Shown here: in pieces, positions 26,622 to 34,265 of the stretch
Layout: each line of letters opens with the position of its first letter
Numbering within the stretch: position 1 is the stretch's first letter
Origin: a virus
Taxonomy: Duplodnaviria > Caudoviricetes
Virus record (IMG/VR): IMGVR_UViG_3300049167_000230
Span: 1-34,451 of that record
Reading direction: 5' to 3' (one strand)
Length of the DNA: 34,451 nt
Position numbers and translations under genes: made by a program
The notes under the pieces: generated by a model
Told to the model about the DNA's origin: nothing
The model's input: the letters and a program-made list of their open reading frames with translations, nothing else
The model's database searches: none

Positions 26622-26957
26622 TCACCCTCCCCCTCCGGCACGATTCCAAGGGTGCGAGGGGTCGATCGGACGACCATCGAGGTCACACCCGATGATGTGG
26701 CCTCGCTTCTCCTCACGTCGGATCAATCCGTCGTGGTGAGGCTGGCAGACGCTCTCATGATTGTCGTGATCGACGAAGAGATCCCAGTTGCCACGATGAG
26801 GAACGCGGTGGTTCACGACCGTGGCTTCGGTGACGATTTCAGATTGGAGGCAGCGCTCACAAAGAGGTTGCCTAGCTAGCTGCACGTGACGCGCGTCCTG
26901 CCAGACCTTGAGGCCGTACCAGCCGTGGTACACCTCGGCATCGGTTCGCTTGGCCAT
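26622..26957 (-). CDS. Terminase-associated HNH endonuclease (HK97 gp74-like)
   Basis: PLCERC...ATVVNHRVPHRG...NHESVCQPHHD; ATG at 26957. Confidence 0.9.
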   Translation of the reverse strand: MAKRTDAEVYHGWYGLKVWQDARHVQLARQPLCERCLQSEIVTEATVVNHRVPHRGNWDLFVDHDNHESVCQPHHDGLIRREEKRGHIIGCDLDGRPIDPSHPWNRAGGGG

Positions 26958-27254
26958 GTGGTCACCGTGAATCAAAAGCGCCAGGGAGCACTGAAGCTCA
27001 ACCTGGCGCAGGATCGCCCGACGCAGCGGAGGAGGCGCGCAGCGGGCAATAGCTGTCACCACAAGGTGACGCGTTGGGGATTAGCAGCGACGGGAGCCGG
27101 CGGACCTGCGGGCATCGACCGTCGCGCACGCCGTCGCGGGTCGCAACCGCGCCGGGCGTTCTTGAACTCGATGTGGGAATGTAATCCGAATATAGGATGA
27201 CATTCCTCTCATTCAAGAAGTTGCTAATGATTTGGATGCTGATCGACGTCTAGT

Positions 27255-27280
27255 GGAACCTTCTGGTCGGCAACCGCATT
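27255..27280 (+). promoter_or_regulatory. EcfG/RpoE2 general-stress promoter
   Basis: GGAAC-N16-GCATT (GGAAC-N19-TT) about 40 nt before ATG 27322. Confidence 0.6.
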
Positions 27281-27321
27281 CCAGTGGCGATCCAGCAGGA
27301 TCTAACAAACACAGAGGGGCC

Positions 27322-27399
27322 ATGATGAACAGAATCATTTGGATCGTAGGAGCAGTCGTCATCGTCCTGTTTATTCTTGGATTCTTGGGACTGCGGTAA
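27322..27399 (+). CDS. 25-aa single-helix membrane peptide (absent from the ORF track)
   Basis: MMNRIIWIVGAVVIVLFILGFLGLR after AGAGGGG. Confidence 0.75.
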   Translation: MMNRIIWIVGAVVIVLFILGFLGLR

Positions 27400-27549
27400 C
27401 AGTTGCCCGGCACAAGGCCGTGAATTGTTTTGAGACGAGCCCGATGACCTCTCGCGAGTTCGTTGCGTCCGCGGATCATCGCCGCCTCAAAGTGAGGGAT
27501 TTTCCAACCCTTCACTATAATTCGCCGCAACGCACGACTTCACCGGACA

Positions 27550-28701
27550 TCAGGCCGCAATTTTCTGATCTTCCGCCTGAATATCTGTCCTTGCCGTCTC
27601 GTCGATGGCTAGAAGCGCATCGATCGCTGCGTCGATCAAAAGCGGTCCGACCTTCTCAGCGTAGGCTGGGGCCCTACTCATTGCCATGCCAATCTCCCGT
27701 GCCGTCGCATTCGTGATCGCCATGTCCAAAACCTTGGCATGATCGCCGAGTAGATGGCGAAGGTTGTCGAGGTGGCTTCGCGTCTCGACCAGCCTCACGA
27801 CATCCGGCTCGCGACCCGCCGCGGCAGAAATTTCGCCGAGGGGTTTCGGCTTCTTCACTCCGCCGACCCATTGCGGACCTGCAACAAGGGCGTCAGGCCC
27901 GCGAGTTGCCGGAAGCGGCAGATCCTCGAATGGGATCGAGCCGTCCACGCCGTGTTCGCGCAGCAGCACACGCGCTTCTTCGACGCCGAATCGGCCGTGC
28001 CTATCCTTATGGCTCGGTTCCTCGCGGGGCAGCGGATCGTAGCAATCGGCGATCGCCTTCTCGCCGGAGAATGGTCGGCGCAATGAAGTTGCCGAGAAAG
28101 GCGAATCTACGTCGTTCGTGCGTAGATAGGCCCAGATTGCCGCCTCAGTGCGTTCCGAAGTTTGACCGCCCTTCATCCCCCGCGGACGCTCGATCGGCTT
28201 GAGCGAGGCACCCTTGGCTGTGACGCCCCACTGGATCAGTTTGCCATCACGGAAGAGGAGATTGCCAAGACGTGTGTCGGTTCCGCCGAGGCGATTGCGT
28301 GTGGAGACGGGCGTCGCGTCGTTGGGTTCATAGGTTTTCACGATGCGGCCGGTATCAGGCCACCGCTCTTCACCGGTCACCGTCCAGCCAATCGCTCGCA
28401 GTGTCTCAGCTTCGGATGGGCGAACTTCGATCTGCTTCTCGGCAGCGTCATCGATATCTGGTGTGGACTCGATCAAAGATCCCGGCTGGACGAGGTTTTT
28501 CCAGTGCCTCAGTGCGAACGCCCTCGCCATATCGCCACGATGCGCCAAGCGCTCCAAAGCGGGCCAAGCCAACACTGCTGATACGGGCTTGTTGTCGTTG
28601 GCGGCGACTGGAGGGCGGCGCTGCGGCTTTGTCGGCTTGGCAGGCATCGCCGCAGCGAGAAGTTCCGAGAGCTTGGAGAGGTCGCGTCGATCAGCAGTCA
28701 T
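27550..28701 (-). CDS. Hypothetical protein, putative late-gene regulator
   Basis: 383 aa ORF just before the packaging module; C-terminal HTH-like segment VLDMAITNATAREIGMAMSR. Confidence 0.6.
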   Translation of the reverse strand: MTADRRDLSKLSELLAAAMPAKPTKPQRRPPVAANDNKPVSAVLAWPALERLAHRGDMARAFALRHWKNLVQPGSLIESTPDIDDAAEKQIEVRPSEAETLRAIGWTVTGEERWPDTGRIVKTYEPNDATPVSTRNRLGGTDTRLGNLLFRDGKLIQWGVTAKGASLKPIERPRGMKGGQTSERTEAAIWAYLRTNDVDSPFSATSLRRPFSGEKAIADCYDPLPREEPSHKDRHGRFGVEEARVLLREHGVDGSIPFEDLPLPATRGPDALVAGPQWVGGVKKPKPLGEISAAAGREPDVVRLVETRSHLDNLRHLLGDHAKVLDMAITNATAREIGMAMSRAPAYAEKVGPLLIDAAIDALLAIDETARTDIQAEDQKIAA

Positions 28702-28710
28702 CTGTAAATC

Positions 28711-29112
28711 CTACTTTACGAATTTCGGGCGAGGCAGGGGCAAGCATTCAATAGCGTGGCTCGTATTAGTCGGCTCGCCTTGCCTTCCCTCGGCAAGATC
28801 CGAGGCTCGGTATCGCATTGCAATTGCCGCTTTCCGCATAGCCTCCTCCGCAACGGTACGTGAGACGCAAAGGCTCAGGTTGTATGCTGCGTCGCGCTTG
28901 GTCTTGGCAAGATCTGCTTCAAGACCGGCAATTCGTTCCTGCAGTTTCTCGATGACGATATGGGCATCGAGAAGGTGTTGCCGGTAGTGCGGTCCCTGGC
29001 TGCGCGGATCTCGCGGTGCCGTGCTGTCCGCGACCAGCGTAAGAAGTGCGCGACGGGAGGCTTCGCGGTCTTTGCGTGCGGACTCTTCTGCAGATTTGAT
29101 GCGGCGGCTCAT
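28711..29112 (-). CDS. Hypothetical coiled-coil protein
   Basis: MSRRIKSAEESARKDRE...IEKLQERIAGLEADL; ATG 29112 more plausible than 29244. Confidence 0.65.
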   Translation of the reverse strand: MSRRIKSAEESARKDREASRRALLTLVADSTAPRDPRSQGPHYRQHLLDAHIVIEKLQERIAGLEADLAKTKRDAAYNLSLCVSRTVAEEAMRKAAIAMRYRASDLAEGRQGEPTNTSHAIECLPLPRPKFVK

Positions 29113-29248
29113 AAGCTTGTTCCAGCGTTGGGTTGATATACTACATATAGTATTTTGGTCGGAAATTCTCCACCCATAGACATAGATATGGTGCAGCCAC
29201 CATAAAACGCGTGGTAGGTCGCGCCTCCTGTGCAAAAGCGGCACACGA

Positions 29249-29264
29249 TTAACCTTTCGCTAAC
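29249..29264 (+). promoter_or_regulatory. Candidate CtrA box
   Basis: TTAA-cctttcg-CTAAC, one mismatch to TTAA-N7-TTAAC. Confidence 0.4.
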
Positions 29265-29310
29265 GAAGGGGGCGCATCAGTCTTGGGCTCAACCACAGAG
29301 AGGTTTTGTA

Positions 29311-29436
29311 ATGCGTATTCCAGGTGGTGCGGTGCTTTTGGTCATCCCGATTATCGCGGTTCTGCTGTTCGGCGCTTCGCTTGCATGGGACCAACTCGAC
29401 AGAACTGATCCGATCGTAACGGGATCTGTTCGATAG
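29311..29436 (+). CDS. Small membrane/exported protein (41 aa)
   Basis: AGAGG upstream; hydrophobic helix followed by DPIVTGSVR, a motif common in small Rhizobiales proteins. Confidence 0.65.
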   Translation: MRIPGGAVLLVIPIIAVLLFGASLAWDQLDRTDPIVTGSVR

Positions 29437-29521
29437 TCGAAGGCGATGCCAGCCGTCGCGGACCTGCCTCAGGCAAAGGGCGCTCTTTGAGATTGATTTC
29501 AGGCTGCCTCGGTAAGCGGCC

Positions 29522-29546
29522 GGAACGATGGCTTCATTACGACGTT
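29522..29546 (+). promoter_or_regulatory. EcfG/RpoE2 general-stress promoter
   Basis: Exact GGAAC-N16-CGTT, 29 nt before ATG 29576. Confidence 0.75.
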
Positions 29547-29575
29547 CTCTCTGCGCTAGAAACAGAGGCAATCTC

Positions 29576-29974
29576 ATGCGAAATTATATCCGACTGACGA
29601 CGCTGCTCGTCGGACTATCCGCTACTGCCGCTTTCGCTCAATCGGCGCCGGCCGACACTTCCCCGTTGCCGAAGGCACCTCCAGAAGTAACTGCAGACAA
29701 TCCGCCCCCACCACCTCCTGGGCGACATGGATCGGGACCCGATATGGGCAACCATCCACCACCACCAGAACGTGGAGCGCGTATCCATGTTGAGAATGGT
29801 CGCACACGGGTGGACCTGCGATGCGCTGATTCAGACTCTACAAAAGAGTGCGCCGACGCCTTGGTGCAGATTCTCGACCGGCTGCAGACACCTTCAAACG
29901 ATGGCGACTCCGGACGCGGTTTCAGCCGCGATCGTGGTCGTGACCGCGACTACGACCGTGATGATCGGGGATAA
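29576..29974 (+). CDS. Exported Pro-rich protein with a two-Cys domain and Arg/Asp tail
   Basis: Signal peptide ending AFA-Q; poly-Pro tracts; RCADSDSTKEC; RDRGRDRDYDRDDRG. Confidence 0.75.
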   Translation: MRNYIRLTTLLVGLSATAAFAQSAPADTSPLPKAPPEVTADNPPPPPPGRHGSGPDMGNHPPPPERGARIHVENGRTRVDLRCADSDSTKECADALVQILDRLQTPSNDGDSGRGFSRDRGRDRDYDRDDRG

Positions 29975-29976
29975 TT

Positions 29977-30258
29977 ATGAAGCGTGATTACATTTCCGAG
30001 ATTGACCGCATTGGCAACCAGCTTGCCGATCTCCGTGCCACGCTCGCTGGGCAAGCTGGTAACGCAGCGAACGATGTCGGCACGTATCTCGCGCCACGCG
30101 TTCGCCAGTTCACTAATCAGTTCGGACGAGAAGGGCTTAGGCTTGGCAAAGCGGCAGGCCGCAACCCTTCTGCGGCGACTGGCGCGATCGTCGGCGCAAT
30201 GGTGCTGGGCGCCGCGCTCGCGTGGCTTCTTTCGTCAGCTGGAAGAGAGAAAGAATGA
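29977..30258 (+). CDS. C-tail-anchored membrane protein, ElaB/YqjD (DUF883)-like
   Basis: N-terminal coiled coil, then RNP followed by a C-terminal transmembrane helix. Confidence 0.65.
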   Translation: MKRDYISEIDRIGNQLADLRATLAGQAGNAANDVGTYLAPRVRQFTNQFGREGLRLGKAAGRNPSAATGAIVGAMVLGAALAWLLSSAGREKE

Positions 30259-30359
30259 GGTCCGCGGTATCCGGGGTCCTGTCGGCAAGATGAACAGCCG
30301 TTTCAGATCTCGTTCAGCCTGAACTGCGTCAAATGCTCCTACGAAATGGAGGAAACACA

Positions 30360-30644
30360 ATGCGTAAATTCATCGTAACAGCCGCGCTTCTCCTCGCGGG
30401 AATTACCGGCGGCACCGCGAATGCGATGCCGATCGGCGTCGTACCGACTCCCGTGGTGTCAAACGTGGTCACCGTCGATTTCGCATGCGGCCGTGGGTAC
30501 CATCTGAGCCCGAGAGGTTTTTGCCGGCCAAACCGGTGGGCACCTCCGCCTCGCCCCCGCTACTACTCGCACCGCTGGGATCGTCGTGACCACTGGGACC
30601 GCCGCGGCCCCCCTCGGCGGGAATGGCGCCGCGAGTGGCGTTGA
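30360..30644 (+). CDS. GCG_CRPN prefix-to-repeats domain exported protein
   Basis: GGAGG ribosome-binding site, signal peptide (ANA-MP), ACGRGYHLSPRGFCRPN, Arg/Trp-rich repeats. Confidence 0.82.
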   Translation: MRKFIVTAALLLAGITGGTANAMPIGVVPTPVVSNVVTVDFACGRGYHLSPRGFCRPNRWAPPPRPRYYSHRWDRRDHWDRRGPPRREWRREWR

Positions 30645-30649
30645 AGCTG

Positions 30650-30675
30650 AGCCCTGCCGCAAGGCGGGGCTTTTT
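30650..30675 (+). terminator. Rho-independent terminator of the + strand moron cluster
   Basis: AGCCCTGCC-gcaa-GGCGGGGCT followed by TTTT. Confidence 0.85.
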
Positions 30676-30803
30676 ATCGATGCCCTCCGCAGGCGGCGAT
30701 GCTGATTGCGGAGGGCCCGTTTGCCAAATATTGCGCCAGAAGGAGTCCGCGGGGGCTGTCTTGCGTTTTCGCAGATGTGGTAGGTCATTGGACCTCCGAT
30801 TTG

Positions 30804-30917
30804 AACTGTCACCGACTGTCCCTTGTACGCGCGCGGCATTGAAATCAGGCAATTTATAGATAGAGAACCAGATTTCGTACTAAATGCCATGCGCGCAAGG
30901 GACAGTCGGTGACAGTT
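30804..30917. repeat. Long inverted repeat, candidate replication origin
   Basis: Perfect 22-bp arms AACTGTCACCGACTGTCCCTTG (30804-30825) and its reverse complement (30896-30917), with imperfect inner arms and an AT-rich centre. Confidence 0.8.
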
Positions 30918-30938
30918 GTCGTCTGTGGGTTGATCAGC

Positions 30939-33449
30939 CTATGACGACGCAATCAAATCACGAACTCGCTCCCGCCTCGCCTTTTCCTTTTCCGCACGAT
31001 GCGCGAACTCGGTATAGACGGCGGGGTTGACGACATAGGTTATAGAGTCCCGCCTGGCTGACGACTGAGGGTCGAGCCACGACATCGCGTCCAGCTTCCG
31101 CAAAACTTCCTCTGCCTGCTCGACGTCCATCTCCCGCATCGTACGATCGCCGCGGCGCACGTCCCGCACGGTCATCTTGTCGGGCATGTGGGTAAGTATC
31201 CAACCAGCTGTAGCAAGCAGGGCGTCATGCCTGTCGGACATTCCGAGGACATTTGAGTAGAACGCCAGCGCGTGCGGAAAAAGGAATTCATGCAAGAAAT
31301 CGGCGGCCCGCTTCGCCGTTTGATACGGCACCACATGAGCCGGTCTCTGGGTCGTCGCTTCGATACAGTGGAAGACAATGCACAGGCGCGCGAATAGCCC
31401 GTCGTATTTACCGATATGGGCCGCCAGTTTCTTATTGAGTATCTCCCAGCCCGCAGCCATATCGTGATGCTTTTCGGAGAGCTCCTGCCGCAAATTCTGG
31501 CCGGCAGAATCGAACCTGAGAGCAACCTCCGCGGCCATGCCCTGCTTCGGTCGCTTCATCTCATGTAGCTGACGGATTAACCCGCCGTACTGGCCAACCG
31601 CTGCCGACGGAGGAACGTCAAGGCCGACGGTAGCTGTTCCCATGCAAATGGGAAACAGGCGCTGCAGCAAGCCATCGTCAGCCGAATCCGCAACGATCTT
31701 GCGAATAGGATCTGGTTGGATGCCACCCAGCATCGATACCGACAGGTTATCGATCGCGACCACGCCACGTCCCACACGGTTCACACTATATCCGCCCCCA
31801 TTGAAAGCCTGAAGCCAGAAGCTTCTATCAGCGGAAGCCCCCTTCCCAGTGCCGTAGCGTTCCATCGAGCCGAACCAGCCCGAAAGCTCATCGCGGATCA
31901 GCAAGACGCCTTCCGTCGTATCCTTTAGGATCTCCTGCGCTGCCTCGACGGTCACGTCCTCGATCCGGGTACGTATCTGCTTCGGCGCCTGGGTGTCGGC
32001 TTTGCCTGCCTTATCGAGCGCATCATACTTCCGCCTCTCGGTTAGGTAGCTGCGCACCAACTCATCGTCGATCGATCGCAAGGGCCTGGTCGCCGCGCTG
32101 ATCACAGGTGATTTTTTGGCGCTCGGGTTGCCGATGAGGGCAACCCACAACCGGGCTGATTCCTCCCAATCGTCATGGCGTTTGACGCGTAAGGTGATGG
32201 AGTCGGGAATAGCCGCAGCGCAAACGGCTAGGGCGGATGCCGCCAAGCCACCCGGATCAACTCCCATGATTTCGGCGTGGGAAAGTGCAAAATCTTCGAT
32301 CGCTGCTGGCAGCAGGCCGACCGGAAGTGGCGGGTGCTTGCGCTGCGCCCATGGATCAACGGGCCGAGCTTGCTCTACTGGTGGCACATTGTCATTGGCC
32401 GCAGCAGGAACGACCGTCGCTGCGTACTTCGCCAGGATGCCAGCGGCGAACCCGTTGGTCACAGCGCGCTCCTCGGCGTGAGCCGCGCCGAACTTGACCC
32501 AAAGCCGTTCAAAGTCACGCTGCGGGTCCCGATTGGTATACCGGGCGAACCAGTCACCCGATGCTTCGAGGAACGCCGCGCAACCCTGTTCCGCGGACAT
32601 GCCGTCGAACGCGAGTTGCTCGACGACCTTGGAGGCCCAGGCCGACCGATCCCCAACATCGTTCGCGGCAAGCATTTCAGCCGCCTTTTCGGAGACAGTG
32701 AGGCCTTCCAGCGGAGGCAAATCACCGAGTGTCCGCAACTGTCCGAGAACCGGTTCCGGCCCTGCCCACGGCTCCAGCGATGCGCGCAGGTCGTCAACAT
32801 TTGTCAGGGAGCCGTCCCAGGGCTCAGCAACGGTGACGACCACAGGAGTGGCGGAACGCCCCCGCGCGAGCTTCTTCGCATTTGGCCAGTTCAACCCGCC
32901 TGGCACGCGCCACACATGGCTCATGTCCACGGTGCAGTGATCGGCATTCGCGGCGCGCTTCAGGGCGCCGGCAAGAGTCTTTGCTTCGGCGGCAGGCAGC
33001 GGGCGGTCGAGCAGGATGAACGCCTGATAATTCCCGGGCGAACTCTCAATCACGAAGTTTGGGTCGACCGGCATAGCGCCGGAGCGACCCGTGTCGTCGT
33101 CGAGATCGGCGACTAGCGCGAGCACAGCGACCACGTCCGCCTCGCCACCTTTTTTGCCGCGCTCTAGAGACGGTCGCATCAGATTCGGCGATGCGTAAAC
33201 ATTGGCGTTTGCCGTCTCGGCGTGGGCCATGACGGCGTCCACCATGCCCTCAACGTCACCGACATTGTGGTGGCTGACGACTCCGCCGGCCCTGTCTTCG
33301 CCGGACGGGTTGGCGAAAAAGGCGGAAACCACGAACTTGCCGGCAAGGCCGTTGGCTAGCTGATGGAGCATTTCGACGTGTGTCCGGATTGCGGCCTCAT
33401 CGAACGAGGGGGTAATTTCAAGCGGTGTGGCGGTGAGAATTTCGGGCAA
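30939..33449 (-). CDS. DNA primase-helicase: RepB-like primase N-terminus fused to a DUF3987-type P-loop domain
   Basis: LVADLD, ESSPGNYQ, RVPG primase motifs; GNPSAKKS, RDELSGWF, GGIQP, DDGLLQR; TTG 33449 after GGAGG (33461 is an alternative). Confidence 0.85.
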   Translation of the reverse strand: MPEILTATPLEITPSFDEAAIRTHVEMLHQLANGLAGKFVVSAFFANPSGEDRAGGVVSHHNVGDVEGMVDAVMAHAETANANVYASPNLMRPSLERGKKGGEADVVAVLALVADLDDDTGRSGAMPVDPNFVIESSPGNYQAFILLDRPLPAAEAKTLAGALKRAANADHCTVDMSHVWRVPGGLNWPNAKKLARGRSATPVVVTVAEPWDGSLTNVDDLRASLEPWAGPEPVLGQLRTLGDLPPLEGLTVSEKAAEMLAANDVGDRSAWASKVVEQLAFDGMSAEQGCAAFLEASGDWFARYTNRDPQRDFERLWVKFGAAHAEERAVTNGFAAGILAKYAATVVPAAANDNVPPVEQARPVDPWAQRKHPPLPVGLLPAAIEDFALSHAEIMGVDPGGLAASALAVCAAAIPDSITLRVKRHDDWEESARLWVALIGNPSAKKSPVISAATRPLRSIDDELVRSYLTERRKYDALDKAGKADTQAPKQIRTRIEDVTVEAAQEILKDTTEGVLLIRDELSGWFGSMERYGTGKGASADRSFWLQAFNGGGYSVNRVGRGVVAIDNLSVSMLGGIQPDPIRKIVADSADDGLLQRLFPICMGTATVGLDVPPSAAVGQYGGLIRQLHEMKRPKQGMAAEVALRFDSAGQNLRQELSEKHHDMAAGWEILNKKLAAHIGKYDGLFARLCIVFHCIEATTQRPAHVVPYQTAKRAADFLHEFLFPHALAFYSNVLGMSDRHDALLATAGWILTHMPDKMTVRDVRRGDRTMREMDVEQAEEVLRKLDAMSWLDPQSSARRDSITYVVNPAVYTEFAHRAEKEKARRERVRDLIASS

Positions 33450-33705
33450 ACTGGCCTCCAAATAGTGCTGATGATGCGGCAGCGGTGATTTTCTCGGCGA
33501 CCTCCGGCTTAAAGGTCACTGCGTGGTGACCTCCTATATTGCCGGATACGGTGCGCCGCGTGCCGTCGGGATATTCCCGGAGTAGCAGTCCGTTAATGCG
33601 AACGTCGCCGAGTTGGACAGAGAACCGTGCGATCGTGCGGCCAGTACCGGGTGACGAAGGCGGCCTTTCGACCGCCTCGATGGATTGGATAGAGGGCGCG
33701 GTCAT
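33418..33705 (-). CDS. Hypothetical protein (possibly SpoVG-like nucleic-acid binding)
   Basis: IARFSVQLGDVRINGLLLRE beta pattern; ATGA coupling with the upstream gene; overlaps the primase start. Confidence 0.6.
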   Translation of the reverse strand: MTAPSIQSIEAVERPPSSPGTGRTIARFSVQLGDVRINGLLLREYPDGTRRTVSGNIGGHHAVTFKPEVAEKITAAASSALFGGQFARNSHRHTA

Positions 33706-34133
33706 GCAGCCTCACGAACCGTGGCGTTTTCCGCCTCGTATTCCGCCTTCCACGCGTCGAGCGTGTCGTGCATGTTGCCGTCTGAATCGAAGACCCCGCC
33801 GTCAGGGTCGATCACGGCTGCGTACTGGTCGTGGTCGCGATTGTATCCCTCAAACATGGGATAATTTCCGGAGCCGCTGCGCTGCCAGGCGATCACACTC
33901 CGCTGCCTGTAAAGAAAAGTTCCATTTTCAAGATGGATGGGGAACACGGCGACAAAACCCGGGTTGGCCTTAATGACCGGAATGAATAGTTCTTCGATGT
34001 CGGAATACGCTCCTCCGGTAACGGATTCGCCGTTGGGGAAAAGGAATCGTGTGTCACCGTTGCGGAACGTCTCGTACATGACAACGTGTTCCGAGTGGAT
34101 GACTCGTCCGTCTTTCAAAGAAATCAAAGGCAT
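33702..34133 (-). CDS. Hypothetical protein (143 aa)
   Basis: GAGGAG ribosome-binding site; coupled to the downstream gene. Confidence 0.75.
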   Translation of the reverse strand: MPLISLKDGRVIHSEHVVMYETFRNGDTRFLFPNGESVTGGAYSDIEELFIPVIKANPGFVAVFPIHLENGTFLYRQRSVIAWQRSGSGNYPMFEGYNRDHDQYAAVIDPDGGVFDSDGNMHDTLDAWKAEYEAENATVREAA

Positions 34134-34218
34134 AGTCTCTCCTCTCGCCGGCGCGACGGCCGGCTATTTGCGGTTAATGTGAAAAGGCAAGTAGGCCTTC
34201 TTGTCTAGTTGATGCTTA

Positions 34219-34243
34219 TGAACATTCGGGCGCCTTCAGCGTT
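34219..34243 (+). promoter_or_regulatory. Candidate EcfG/RpoE2 promoter
   Basis: TGAAC-N16-CGTT, 22 nt before ATG 34266. Confidence 0.55.
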
Positions 34244-34265
34244 TCCTACGCAGGAGGAGACCGTC

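Noticed and set aside
30291-30314. TGAAC-N15-CGTT before the GCG_CRPN gene
   Set aside because: Spacer one base short and -35 mismatched, so not counted as an EcfG promoter.
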